From the NCBI GenBank assembly GCA_964304625.1, contig OZ199840.1:4440490-4504489 (forward strand): 64,000 nt of DNA. Reading direction: 5' to 3'. Below, piece after piece: positions 27,642 to 39,892 of this stretch. The position numbers and the translations under genes are program-made. Positions within the stretch are counted from its first letter, which is position 1. Each line of letters begins with the position of its first letter. This DNA comes from Kudoa neothunni (lineage: Eukaryota > Animalia > Cnidaria). A model generated the notes under the pieces. The model saw only the letters and a program-made list of their open reading frames with translations. It was not told where the DNA came from and did no database searches.

Positions 27642-30270
27642 ATGAGGTTGCTATTTTGGTTTTTATTTTCAACTATTCTTACAACGAGTAAATTATTACT
27701 TTTTATCTTCCTTTAGATCTTTTATTCATATTTAGTGTGTTGTCATAAGTATTTTATCAAACAAATCGAACGACCTGTACCTGTAGTACAACCAACAGAA
27801 GGAAACGTACAAGGAACTATTGTTGGCCAGAGCAACATTTTAAAGTCAAATATTCCCTTGATACTGATGAAATCCGTTGGAGCTGAAAGCACTGATATTA
27901 GTGTTCCTGTTCCTGCTGCTGAACCTGAACCTGAAGATACAGACGGTCATGATGATGATGATGGTGGTGATACTGATGGTACAGAGCTAGAGACTGGTAC
28001 TGAGACAGAGAGTAATACTGACTCTTCTAATGACTCTTCCTCGCCAACTGAGGATACAGAATCAACTACCACTGCCGCCCCCATTGAAACCACAATAAAT
28101 CCACAAGATATACCTATGGTTGATCAAGAAATCTCAAAATACATGGATGAAATCACAATTCATTTGAAGGGAGAGGAAGCAGATAAGTGCAAAATAGAAC
28201 ATTTGATTAGAGATGGAGATAGAGCCAAATTCAATGAAACCATGTGCACTATAGGCACTGAAACCAACGAAGTCGTTTGCGAACCTAAATGTAACGAGAA
28301 GGTTGTGATTAAAGTTAATAGTGGAAGGTCGATGCACTATTTCAGAATCACTGAAGGAATCAAACTTAATATACTAGCGGTTCCAGCTGGTAAATAATAA
28401 TGAATAATTAGTTGTGTTAATTTTTTGGTAGATATGTCCAGGCTTCCTGAAACTAACGTTACACTTAGTGAAGAAGAAGCTCAATTCAGTGTCAACAATT
28501 TCTGCACGGACAACTACAAATGCCGAGTTAAAAGCACTAACCAAGATACAACTTTGATCAAGGTGGAAAATAACAATTGTTCTGCATATAATATCACTGT
28601 ACCCATTCGCTACTCAATGTCCAGTGCCTACTACTCTTATTGTGGGGCTACTCAAGCTAAAGTCATGTTCTATGCTAACAAATCTTTCTATAATAAAGAT
28701 AATAAGTATAAATATGTTCCATTCACCGTATCACAAACAAGTACATCAGACAAATTTCCATTAGAAATTCAAAATCCCCATATGGACTATGAAATCTGCA
28801 ATTTCCAAATAATGGGTGGTAGTAGTAGTAGTTATGTAGATAAATGTAGTGAAGTTAAAATCCCCGATGATAAATGCTACAAATACTGTGGAGGATCTAC
28901 TACTCTAGAACTGACGGGACAAAATGGAAATCTTAATGATTATACTGTCAAAATTTCTACTAGGCATGGAGATAAAGAATATAAAATTAACGGTATATTC
29001 TTAATAACTAAAAATAATAATAAATAATACAATATAGCCGGGAAAAATACCGTTACTATATCTGATATTACAACAACCTCAGCTAGTTATCAAGTTACCA
29101 ACGTTGAGACTCCTAAGAAATGTTATCCGTCATTGGTACACGCAAAACTTCCAGGTATTCCAATGAGCAAAATATGCGGTGACGGAAGAAACGAAGCGTG
29201 TACTGAAGCGTGTGCCACAAAAACGACATTAAAACTATTAACTCCAAACACAGCATATATACTTGAGATGAAAATAGGAACTAATTTAGAATCTGCGGAT
29301 CACGCTGTTAATAAATTTTTTGCAACAAGTATAAACGTATTTATATATTATAAATACTAAAAGTGATTAGCTCCAATTAAATTCGATGGAACGCAAGCCC
29401 TGTTTTTCGGTGACACAATGATTATGACTCCAAGAACAGAGAGTGAATTTGAGTCTTATCTTCCAAAAATGAAATGCTATGTGAGATATAGAATTCCCAG
29501 AAGATCTCGAACAAGAATAGCAACCTGTTCGAATGGAAAACCATGTTGGGGTTTGTGTTCTCAAAGATTTAATGTGATAAATTTACCCGTTAATATAACC
29601 CTAAGTATCGAGTTGGTTCATGCTGGTCACATTAATCATCCAGTTTATCAAGTGTCACAATTAATAAGTGAATACATATTGATTTAAGAACACTAAAACC
29701 CAAAATTTAGGACCACTTGATAATAAAGCAAAACCAGAAATAACATTTGACCTTAATGAAAGAAGATTAACAATCATACCAGACAAGACTCAACCAGGGA
29801 ATTTATGTGACGTTGTGATCTACGCAGTCGATCCCGCAAATCCAAAGGACAAATTCTTGTTTGAGAAAATTGGAAAATCAACTGATGATGATATTGATTG
29901 TGCCAATTCGGTTGTCTTCGACAATATAGATATAAATTACAGGTATCAGTTATCGTCAGGTGATGGACAAGCTGCAGCCCTCATTGAAGAAATTGAAGTT
30001 GGAAGTAATTTATTAATTACTATTTATATTTTGTGATTTAATTTTTTAGAGCAAGGAACTGGGTAAAAATAATTATTATATAAATTACGGATTTTCACTA
30101 TTTATTTTATATATAGTGGTTGGATGAAAAAGAACTGGTGGATGTAATTATAATATGTAAATATAATAGAAAATAGCATAAAATTTTTATTTAGTATCCT
30201 CGCGGTGTTAGGTGCTTTGGGTGTGGTTATCGGAGGAGTGGCCTTTATGACAAGTAAATCCAAGAACTAA
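27642..30270 (+). CDS. Surface protein family copy B: type I membrane protein with acidic/mucin stalk and Cys-rich FN3-like modules, 752 aa
   Basis: Nine exons summing to 2259 nt in frame: 27642-27687, 27736-28389, 28432-28992, 29038-29328, 29371-29667, 29711-30004, 30050-30062, 30117-30143, 30195-30270. Signal MRLLFWFLFSTILTTMCC. FN3-like VTISDITTTSASYQV...LKLLTPNTAYILEMKI. TM WWIILAVLGALGVVIGGVAFM followed by TSKSKN*. Confidence 0.9.
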
Positions 30271-30578
30271 ACATCTCACTTCATTCTACTGGAAAAAAAG
30301 TTATATTATTTCTTATAAAACGATGATTATTTTTCATACTTTCAGCAAAATTACTTGATTTTTATTTCAATAACCAATGTCTAGAATTTTTGTAGAAATT
30401 AAATATTTTACTTTTTTATGATGAACATATCTTAAAGTAGTATATTATTCTCCGGAAGTATATTTTATTACTAATACTACTATATCCCTATATTCGTATT
30501 GAAGCAAAAAATATCCTATTATTATTTTTTAAATACAAAATATTTGAATTATTTGTATAGAAGTACAAAATCTTAATA

Positions 30579-31861
30579 CGGGGTATTTCATAATAAATCG
30601 GACACATTTCAAAATTAATCAAAAGCGCAATAGACATAATTTGAAATAAAGAGAAAATATTGGTTATATCTATAAACTCGAAATTGGAGAAAATAGCTAA
30701 TCCTGTTTTATTTAATTGTTTAACCATTCATATACATTGTCCCACATTTTTCTGAAAAAGTTCAAAAAATTAGAGAGTCGTTTTGGTTAAACTCCTCCAT
30801 GGATTTTAAGATATAATCAACCAAAACATCTCTACTTTGCGCTCTTAGGTAGTAACTTGAGACTTTTTCCTTCAAAAAAGAAAACACGCTCTCAATAGGA
30901 TTTAGCTGAGGAGAATACGGCAGCAAATATAGGCATTCAATTGAGTTAGTACTCATCAGACTTTTTGCCTCTTATACGTGATGAAACCAAATGTTATCCC
31001 TGACAAGAACAACTTCAGAAGAGATTTTTCGTTTTAAAATCATTTTTTCGAGGAATTTAAGAAATTGGGTCCTATCGAATCCATTATCCCGAATTTTATG
31101 GCCAATTATTCCTTTAATGGAAAAAATAGCGTATAACGATATATTTCATCCTTTAGAAGGGCGTACGGTAGTGATAACGTCTTTGTTGGGTTCCGAGTAA
31201 CCGTAATTATTCGATACGTGGAGATCGAATCAGCATTCGTCCAAAAAACAATGTTTTTTTCTCCTCACACTTATAATCTTGGAAGCATATTCTGCTACCA
31301 TTCTTTTGTGAGAATCCGTCAAAATAACGGAAGTCATTAGTTGAAGCCGTTTTCTCGTTACGTTAGTCCAGCGGATTTTATCAGTCGGCAAACAGTATTG
31401 TTGGACAGGTTTACATCATCTCTCGCGAGTGGTTTTTTTATGCCGACACTTGTTAGGCTGTTATCTCGTCCAACGATTTCTCTCACTTTGTTTTCGAGAA
31501 TCGTGTTATTTTTCGGATGACGCCCTTTTTTGTGCAAATGCACCGTAGCTGTGGGTTTCTGGGTTGGACTTAATAAAAGATTTGATTTTGTATATTTGGG
31601 ACCTTCCCAAATCAGTAACTTTGGATATTTTTTGCGGACTCTTGTTTTAGGAGTCTTTCAATTGGATCATATAAAGTTTGGTCGATCGCTTTATATTTTT
31701 TTCTTTCGTCCATTATGCCTTAATAATATATTAACAAAACTATACCATAATTTCATAAAATTAATTAATCAGAAATACAATAAAAAATAAATTATTTTAG
31801 CCTGATTAAAAACAATTCCTTCTGTTTACGTTGATGTGTCCGATTTATTATGAAATACCTG
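30579..31861 (-). mobile_element. IS630/Tc1-like transposon, disrupted
   Basis: TA-flanked TIRs CGGGGTATTTCATAATAAATCGGACACAT and ATGTGTCCGATTTATTATGAAATACCTG. Minus-strand VLVRDNIWFHH and YLLPYSPQLNPIESVFSFLK. Confidence 0.88.
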
Positions 31862-33023
31862 TAATATGAATCATTTTACTTTTAATTAGACAACCAAAAT
31901 TTATAATTTTCATATTATTAAATTAATAGTTAAAGATGCGTAATTACCCAAAGATATTTCTTTTTCGTTTACAATATAATTATATTTTAAGCAATATTAT
32001 ACTTTTAAAGTGTTCAAATTAGAAATTGATCAAATAAACTTCATTCTAAATACTGATGTATATAAAAACGTAAAATATATTATAATTTTGATTTTTAAAG
32101 TTATTTATACATTAATATAGCTTTTTTATTATATAAGATCTCGATATAACTAAAAATTAATGCATCCAAGTTTTAAAATTATTATTTTTGATAACATAAA
32201 AATATTAATCCCCATTTTTGTTGCAATAAATTTAAGTCTAGTGCGACTTTAAGTGAACATTGAACTAATAAAGTATAAAATAATTTTTAAATTTTCTGAA
32301 GATTTCTTACGATTATTCAAAATAATCAAATAAATTTTGAAATAAAAAATTTCATAAAACAAATACTTGGATTTAAATTTATGAATGATTATATTATTTT
32401 CATAAAATTTGCCGTTTATGACTCAAATAAACATGTTATATACATTAAATAATTATAAAATGATGACAGAAAAAAATATAAATACTTTTTCTCGCTTTGT
32501 ATTATTAAACACAAGTAGATATTGGTCACAAGTTGTCATGTTAATTATTATTCTGGCCCTTTCGCACTGGATGTCCGGCATAGGGGACAGCAATTTGTCT
32601 TTAAATCGTAAACTTACTTAAGCGAAATTTCTTAACGTGATGAATTTAAGTATAATATATTAAATTAGGCATTTAAAATTGGATCCACCATACCACTGTA
32701 GCATTCAAAAGAATTTGAGCATAACAACTAGGGTATTCATGATTTTTCAAAATAAAAATTTTACATAATGTGAATAATTAATTTCGTTAAATCAATAGAT
32801 TTATAAACGAGTCAGACTCAAAATGTTTGAAATAATACAATGTTTAACGCGTGTCCGTGTGCCGGACATTCGGCACTCGTGGACTGAATTTGGATTGATC
32901 ACAATGGATCATAACATTAAAACTAATAATGATGAAAATTAAAACGAACGTTTAGAAATCACTGTTCTAACTGATGCTTACATATCTGAGCCAGATTCGT
33001 ATTCTGACGACGATCCAGTGATT

Positions 33024-34341
33024 ACAGTCGAGATTGGATATTATGTAATTCCAAAATTTCGACGTTATTCTTTTTAGAGAGTGTTACGTTTCTTAAATGC
33101 GCTCACCCGACTACAGAATAACACACGCGGCCCGACTGAGTCCAATAAACTAATAATAATCAGGGCTTTTTAGCGAGGCGGATAGGCCGCCAATAATACG
33201 CAGTTATGGCTAATCCTTAACCGAGAGAAACCTTATTTTTGGTATTGTTATTATTTTATCATTTGTGAACATCATTAACATAAAAAATAAAAAAAATTTA
33301 ATTTATATGTAAATTCTCGTTATTGCGTGGTTTCAGTAACCAATCTATTTAAAAATATAAGTGTTTTTTTCATTATGTCCCGTTATAAACGTAATAAATA
33401 GGAGAAAAGAGATATCATTGATTGTTACAGTTCGATAAAAATATTGTAAGTCGTCGAAAAGGTGACAATTTCTAAGTATAAATTGAATGATATGGTTATC
33501 TATGTTGAATATTAATACATTGTCACGTTTAAGGTTATTTAAAAATTGATAGAATTCTTTCACACGAATATAAATTCAAAAATAAGGATATCGAAACTAA
33601 AAGGAGGACATATTTTTCGGGAAAATTTAAAATATAGATTGTGAGCTGTATGATTGGCTCGTTAAACAATATTCGAATGATAATGTTCCGCTGAGATATG
33701 TTATTGTCGAAATTGTTCTATATATTGCAAATAAAAAAGAAATTTCCATTTTAAAGTCTGGTTAAGGTGGTTTTCAGAGTCCACGTCAAAATATGGGATA
33801 ACTTTCGAAATGTTTTATGATGAGATTGTGAGTACAGATATTTCATCTGTTGACTCATGGACTGTTGGAAACATTAATTTGTTTGAAGCATATAGTCCTA
33901 AAGACATTATGAACATTGATGAAATTTCCTTTCTTCTATGAACAGTTATAAAACATTAGTTATGATTTAAGGGATGAAGTCCGAATATAAAGCGAAAAAT
34001 ATCCAAAAAAGTGAATATTTCACTGTTACTCTTTTTTGAATAGGGGTAAACTTCCATCAGTTTCTACTGGTAAATTTTAGGATCCTAGACGTTACAACTA
34101 ATTTAAACATTACCGCGTGAATATTATTCAAAAAACACACGGACGATGTGTAGTAGATTTATTAACGTAATTAGAAAATTGAATCAAAGAATGATAGATG
34201 AGAACAGAAAAGTTTTAATTTTTTTGGATCAATATCCTTTTTATTCCAAAAATATTGATTTTCTTAAAATATCGAAATTCTTTTCCTACAAAAAAAACCA
34301 CTAATACCCTTCAAACCTTAATTCACGCATCATCAAATCCA
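33024..34341 (+). mobile_element. Truncated Tigger/pogo remnant (copy 1)
   Basis: Begins TA|CAGTCGAGATTGGATATT. Decayed DDE_1 coding (YSPKDIMNIDE, RKVLIFLDQ). 33300-34340 is an inverted copy of ~47995-49050. It is cut at the TTAA of the next element. Confidence 0.75.
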
Positions 34342-34345
34342 TTAA

Positions 34346-36223
34346 CCTTCTGAAGCACGCGTGGGGTCTTTTAGACCTCACCTGGTTTTAATATCGCTTT
34401 AATATTTTGTTGGTTTATGTCAGTGGCTCGTAATTAATTTTATTCCCATATTTTTTACAAGAATTATAGAGATTTAACAGATATGGATTTTTAAAATTTT
34501 GTACATTGTGATAGCAATGATACGTTTTGGTCGGATACGGAGACATATAGCTCTGACTCCTATTTGGATAACATACAATCAGAAAACAGTGATATATCTG
34601 ATTCTGATATGTCAAAAGACATTAGCGATGATGAATTGATTGTTGACTGTTCAAATATTAATAAGGAAACATTACATGGAAAGAATTATGAATGGTCGCC
34701 TAATCCAGTCGGTTTGTTTGGCAAAAAAAGAAAACATGATATTATTCAAGAAAAACATCAAATCAATCTTCCTGATAATATTAATACTAAGTCTGAGATA
34801 TGGAGCTTATTTATTACAGACGGAATACGTTACGACATACTACATTTTACAAATGACCACCTAAAAAAATACAAACTAATTTCAAACGAAAAAGAGCTTG
34901 CGTTGAATTTGATTTACGTGAACTAAAAGCGTTTATAGGTTTACATTATTTTCTTAGCATAAAAAAAGTTAATTTAACCAATATGAATAAACTCTGGACA
35001 GACGAAATTTTTGGATTTTTCATTTGCAATAAAGTATTCGGCCAAAATAGATTGGAGTTATTAAAACGTTGTCTACGTTTTACGAATGATTAAATTCATA
35101 ACTATGAATCATTTGAAGCTGATACGGATTTAGACAATTTGATAAATTACGCAGCCAAACCAAAAAAGTCAAAATATTGTTCGGATTCCAACGAAATTAC
35201 CAATTTTGTTAATCATGGTGTGATGTCAGATCGTTTAGAGAGAGCTCATAAAACTCTTTCTAACATAAGACCTACAATTATTGACCCAGAAAGATGTTTT
35301 CCCGATGCAACCGAGTTATTTCCATGTTGAGAACGAAACTGAGTGATTCGAAACTTGAGACCATTGTGTTAATTTATGAGAATAGAAATAACTAAATTGA
35401 ATTTGAATTATAGAATTTTTTATAGTACGTTTGAAACAATTTAGGCTTAAAATATATATAATCGTTTTTAAAGGTAATTACAAACAATTTTAAATGATAA
35501 AATTAATTATAACAATAAAAGCTTATATAAATTGGATTCCATTGTAAAATAATTCAAAATTTGGGTCGGAAAAGTATATTTAATCAAAGAGTTACTAAAA
35601 TAAAATTTCATTCTATTTCATTTCAAAATTTTTTTTGCTTGACGAAAATTTACAATGATAATTAAAAAAATTATTTACAAAACCGAAAACCGTTATAGAA
35701 ATAACCGAACTGTCTTAACCCCTAGTTACAACTCATATATCAGCAATTAAAGAATTTTCTAAATCTTTAAAGTATTATGGGGACACATATTAAAACTCAA
35801 GAAAAACAATAAATTAATAACAAATTTTATTACTCCAATATGCGCAAGCGAAAATAAATGGAATAATTAATTGGATTAATTATCGTTAATCTATTGTGGA
35901 TTAAATTCAAAAATAAATATTGCTTTCACGGTTCGGGTTTTTGTTTGGATCAAAAATTTTGATTTTAATGAAAGAAAATCATATTTATAATAAGTATATG
36001 AGGTTTAGATAATAATACAACAAATATTAAATGAAATTTGAAAAAGAATGTCCTATTATATGCATAAATTATTAACCGATAAATTATAAATTTTATTTTC
36101 AGATAGACACACTCTTAATATAGGAACTTGAGAATTTTAAAAGTAAATAACAACGAATACGTCAATGTTGAAACAAAATAGTCAATTTGGGGTCTTGAAA
36201 TACCCCAGTCAGTACCGGCAGGG
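34346..36223 (+). mobile_element. Internally deleted piggyBac element containing a hAT 3' fragment
   Basis: TTAA|CCTTCTG...GGCAGGG|TTAA ends with a subterminal TGGGGTC..GACC(T/C)CA motif at both sides. PGBD-type N-terminus at 34564-35090 (acidic start, WSLFITD, ELKAFIGL). 35100-35725 holds a hAT dimerisation remnant (LSNIRPTIIDPERCF) and AACCG subterminal repeats. Confidence 0.75.
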
Positions 36224-36508
36224 TTAAAAAACAATTATAAGATTTTCTTTGTTTAAACCCAAATAAAGGGATTTATTAGGATTATTAATAAAATTAAATC
36301 TCAAAAGTTGCACAAAATTAACTTAATGAAAAAATACAATATTTTAAGATAAGTTTATCCTAAAAAAATAAATTATTTAATTTCTACAAAAATTCTAGAC
36401 ATTGGTTATTGAAATAAAAATAAAGTGAATTTATTGTAATTGTGAAAAATAACCATCGTTTTATAAGAAATAATATAACTTTTTTCCTAGTAGAAGGAGG
36501 TGAGATGT

Positions 36509-39148
36509 TTAATTCTTGGATTTACTTGCCACAAAGGCCACTCCACCAATAACCACACCCAAAGCACCTAACGCCGCGAGGATACTAAATAAAAATTTTA
36601 TGCAATTTTCTATTATATTAACATATTATAATTACATCCACCAGTTCTTTTTCATCCAACCACTATATATAAAATAAATAGTAAAAATTCGTAATTTATA
36701 TAATAATTATTTTTACCCAGTTCCTTGTCCTAAAAAATATATATTACAAAATATAAATAGTACTTAATAAATTACTTCCAATTTCAATTTCTTCAATAAG
36801 GGCTGCAGCTTGTCCATCACCTGACGATAACTGATACCTGTAATTTATATCTATATTGTTGAAGACAACCGAATTGGCACAATCAATATCATCATCAGTT
36901 GATTTTCCAATTTTCTCAAACAAGAATTTGTCCTTTGGATTCGCGGGATCGACTGCGTAGATCACAACGTCACATAAATTCCCTGGTTGATTTTTGTTTG
37001 GTATGATTGTTAATCTTTTTTCATTAGTGTCAAATGTTATTTCTGGTTTTACTTTATTATCACTTGGTCCTAAAATTCTGTGTTTTAATGTTCTTAAATC
37101 AATGTTTATTCACTTATTAGTTGCGACACTTGATAAACTGTATGATTAGTGTGACCAGCATGAACCAACTCGATACTTAGGGTCATATTAACGGGTAAAT
37201 TTATCACTTTAAATCTTTGAGAACACAAACCCCAACATGTTTTTCCATTCGAACAAGTTGCTATTATTTTTCGAGATTTTCTGCGCATTCCATATCTCAC
37301 GTAGCATTTCATTTTTGGGAGATAAGACTCATATTCACTGCCTGTTCTCGGGGTCATAATCATTGTGTCACCAAAAAACAGGGCTTGAGTTTCATCAAAT
37401 TTAATTGGAGCTAATGAGATTTAGTATTATAATATATAAATATGTATATACTCGTAGCAAAGAATTTATTAACAGCATATTCTGGAGTTTCGGAGTTTGT
37501 TCCTATGTTCATTTGAAGTATATATGCTGTGTTGGGAATTAGAAGCTTTAAGGTTATTTTTTCTCCGCATTCAGCAGTACATGCTTCGTTTCTTCCGTCT
37601 CCGCATATTTTACTCATTGGAATACCCGGAAGTCTCGCGTGTACCAATGATGGATAACATTTATGAGAATCTTCAGGATTAGTAACTTGATAACTAGCTG
37701 AGGTTGTTGTAATATCAGATATAGTAACGGTATTTTTCCCGGCTACATTGTATTATTTTTTATTTATTTAGTTATTAAGAATATACCTTTAATTTTATAT
37801 TCTTTTTCTCCATGTCTAGTAGCAATTCGGACAGTATATTCAGTAGCAGCTTGACTTTGGTCAGTCAATTCTAGAGTGGTAGCTCCACCACAGTATTTGT
37901 AGCATTTATCATCGGCGATTTTAATTTCACTACATTTATCCTTATAATCACCAGTACTACCTTTTATTTGGAAATTGCAGATTTCATAGCCCATGTAAGG
38001 ATTTTGCACTTCTAAGGGGAAGTTCGCTGTTGTACCTGATTGAGTAACGGTGAAAGGAACATATTTAAATTTGTTATCTTTATTATAGAAAGATTTATTG
38101 GCATAGAACACGACTTTAGCTTGAGTGGCACCACAGTAAGAATAATAGGCACTCGATATTGAGTAACGAATTGGTACAGTGATATTACATGCAGAACAAT
38201 TGTTATTTTCCACCTTGACCAAAGTTGTATCTTGGTTAGTGCTTTTAACTCGGCATTTGTAGTTGTCCGTGCAGAAGTTGTTAACACTAAATTGAGCTTC
38301 TTCTTCACTAAGTGTAACATTAGTTTCAGGAAGTCTGGGCATATCTATCAAAAAATAAGTTAAAAAATTTAGTATTATTATTATTTACCGGCTGGAACTG
38401 CTAGTATGTTAATGTTGATTCCTTCAGTAATTCTGAAATAATGCATCAACCTTCCACTATTAACTTTTATCACAACCTTCTCGTTACATTTAGGTTCGCA
38501 TACAGATTCATTTTCTGCGTCAGCTATTGTGCACATAGTTTCATTGAATTTGGCTTTAACTCCATCTCTAACCAAATGTTCTATTTTGCACTTATCGGCT
38601 TCTTCTCCCTTCAAATGAATTGTGACTTCATCCATATATTTTGAGATTTCTTGATCAACTATAGGTATATCTTTTGGATCTATTGTGGTTTCAATAGGGG
38701 CGGCAGTGGTAGTAGATTCTGTACTCTCGGTTGATGGGTCGGAATCAGTAGAAGGGTCACTAATACTCTCCGTCTCAATATCAGTGTCAGTCTTAGTACC
38801 ATCAGTATTAGTCTCAGGTTCAGGCTCATCAACTTCAGCTTCACCACCACCACCAGCAGCAGCAGCAGTATCACCATCGACATCACTAACAACTTTATCA
38901 CCTTCAGTGGATTTCATCAATATCAAGGGTATATTTGACATTAAAGTGTTGCTCTGAATAGCATTAGGTTGTTGTTCTGCTCCTGGTTGGTTTACTACTA
39001 CTACTGGTACAGGAGGTCGTTTGATTTGTTTAATAAAATACTTGTGACAACATACTAAATATGAGTAAAATAATTAAAGGAAGATTAAACATAACAATTT
39101 ACTCGTTGTGAGAATAGTTGAAAATAGAAACCAAAATGGCAACCTCAT
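36509..39148 (-). CDS. Surface protein family copy C (apparently intact)
   Basis: Same nine-exon structure as copy B on the minus strand. ATG at 39148 (MRLPFWFLFSTILTT). Ends ..GGVAFVASKSKN*. No disruption was seen in the reading frames. Confidence 0.88.
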
Positions 39149-39892
39149 ATATTAATTCTTCGTTATTATGTATTATCGGAATTAATGAGCACCAAATAAA
39201 TCATGAATAAATTTCATTAAGTTTAATATATTGTATATACCCGGCCTTATCGTTTAACACCAAATAAAATATTTAGCAAATAAAAATAAGAATATATGAT
39301 GTAAAAATTATTGTAGGAAAATTATATATGAAACTCTAAACTTAATGAGTGTATGTGTAGATTATAAACCAATGTATATATTCAAAGTATTAAAGACAAA
39401 CTAATGTATTCATATCTATTAGTGTATTCATTGATTGAATAAATGAATCACGTATTGTATACGAATGAAACATTTTAGTTTAATGGAATCGAAGAGAACT
39501 TGGAATCACTAGCACAATAACTGTTATGTATTAGTTAATAACAAACGACTAATTTGTCGTCACACTCGGCAACGAACGTGCGTAACACATTTTATGATGA
39601 TTCTTCTGCTCTCTTTCTCGCGTTCGAACACAACAATAACCTCTGTTTTTATCTATTTAAATCTATGATCAGTTCCTGGATGACTTCTTACCTATTTCAT
39701 GGTATGAAAAAAGAACCCCACATAAGTTCTTTTATATTTGTTCTAACATTATTTAGTAATATTTTGCTAGTTATTTTAATTTTTTTTAGTAATAATTAAA
39801 ATTTATAATTTTGTTTAAATTTAACATTACAGAGTTTATCTTTAAATTTAACGGATTTTTTCTTGACTATATACTCCGCTTAATTATTGGTA

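Larger units (their letters stand above)
26990..39845. repeat. Large inverted segmental duplication: arms ~26990-30445 and ~36330-39845
   Basis: The arms include copies B and C plus ~650 bp upstream (aagataaattttgtaatgtt.. matches the reverse complement at 39781-39843) and ~170 bp downstream. Confidence 0.85.

Noticed and set aside
28205-28980. Integrin-binding RGD in the FN3-like modules
   Set aside because: Only RDGD and RHGD occur, with no true RGD.
28134-29564. Antisense ORFs conserved across paralogs (MHRPSTINF.., MRTQTPTW..)
   Set aside because: Their conservation follows from the near-identity of the sense-strand exons.
32558-33022. piggyBac-like left end and acidic N-terminal remnant (similar case at ~58710-59090)
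   Set aside because: Too decayed, and no partner end or TSD could be assigned.
38680-38957. Ser/Val-rich antisense and alternate-frame ORFs (also 52393-52688)
   Set aside because: These are shadows of the low-complexity trinucleotide stalk in copies C and D, with no independent gene signals.
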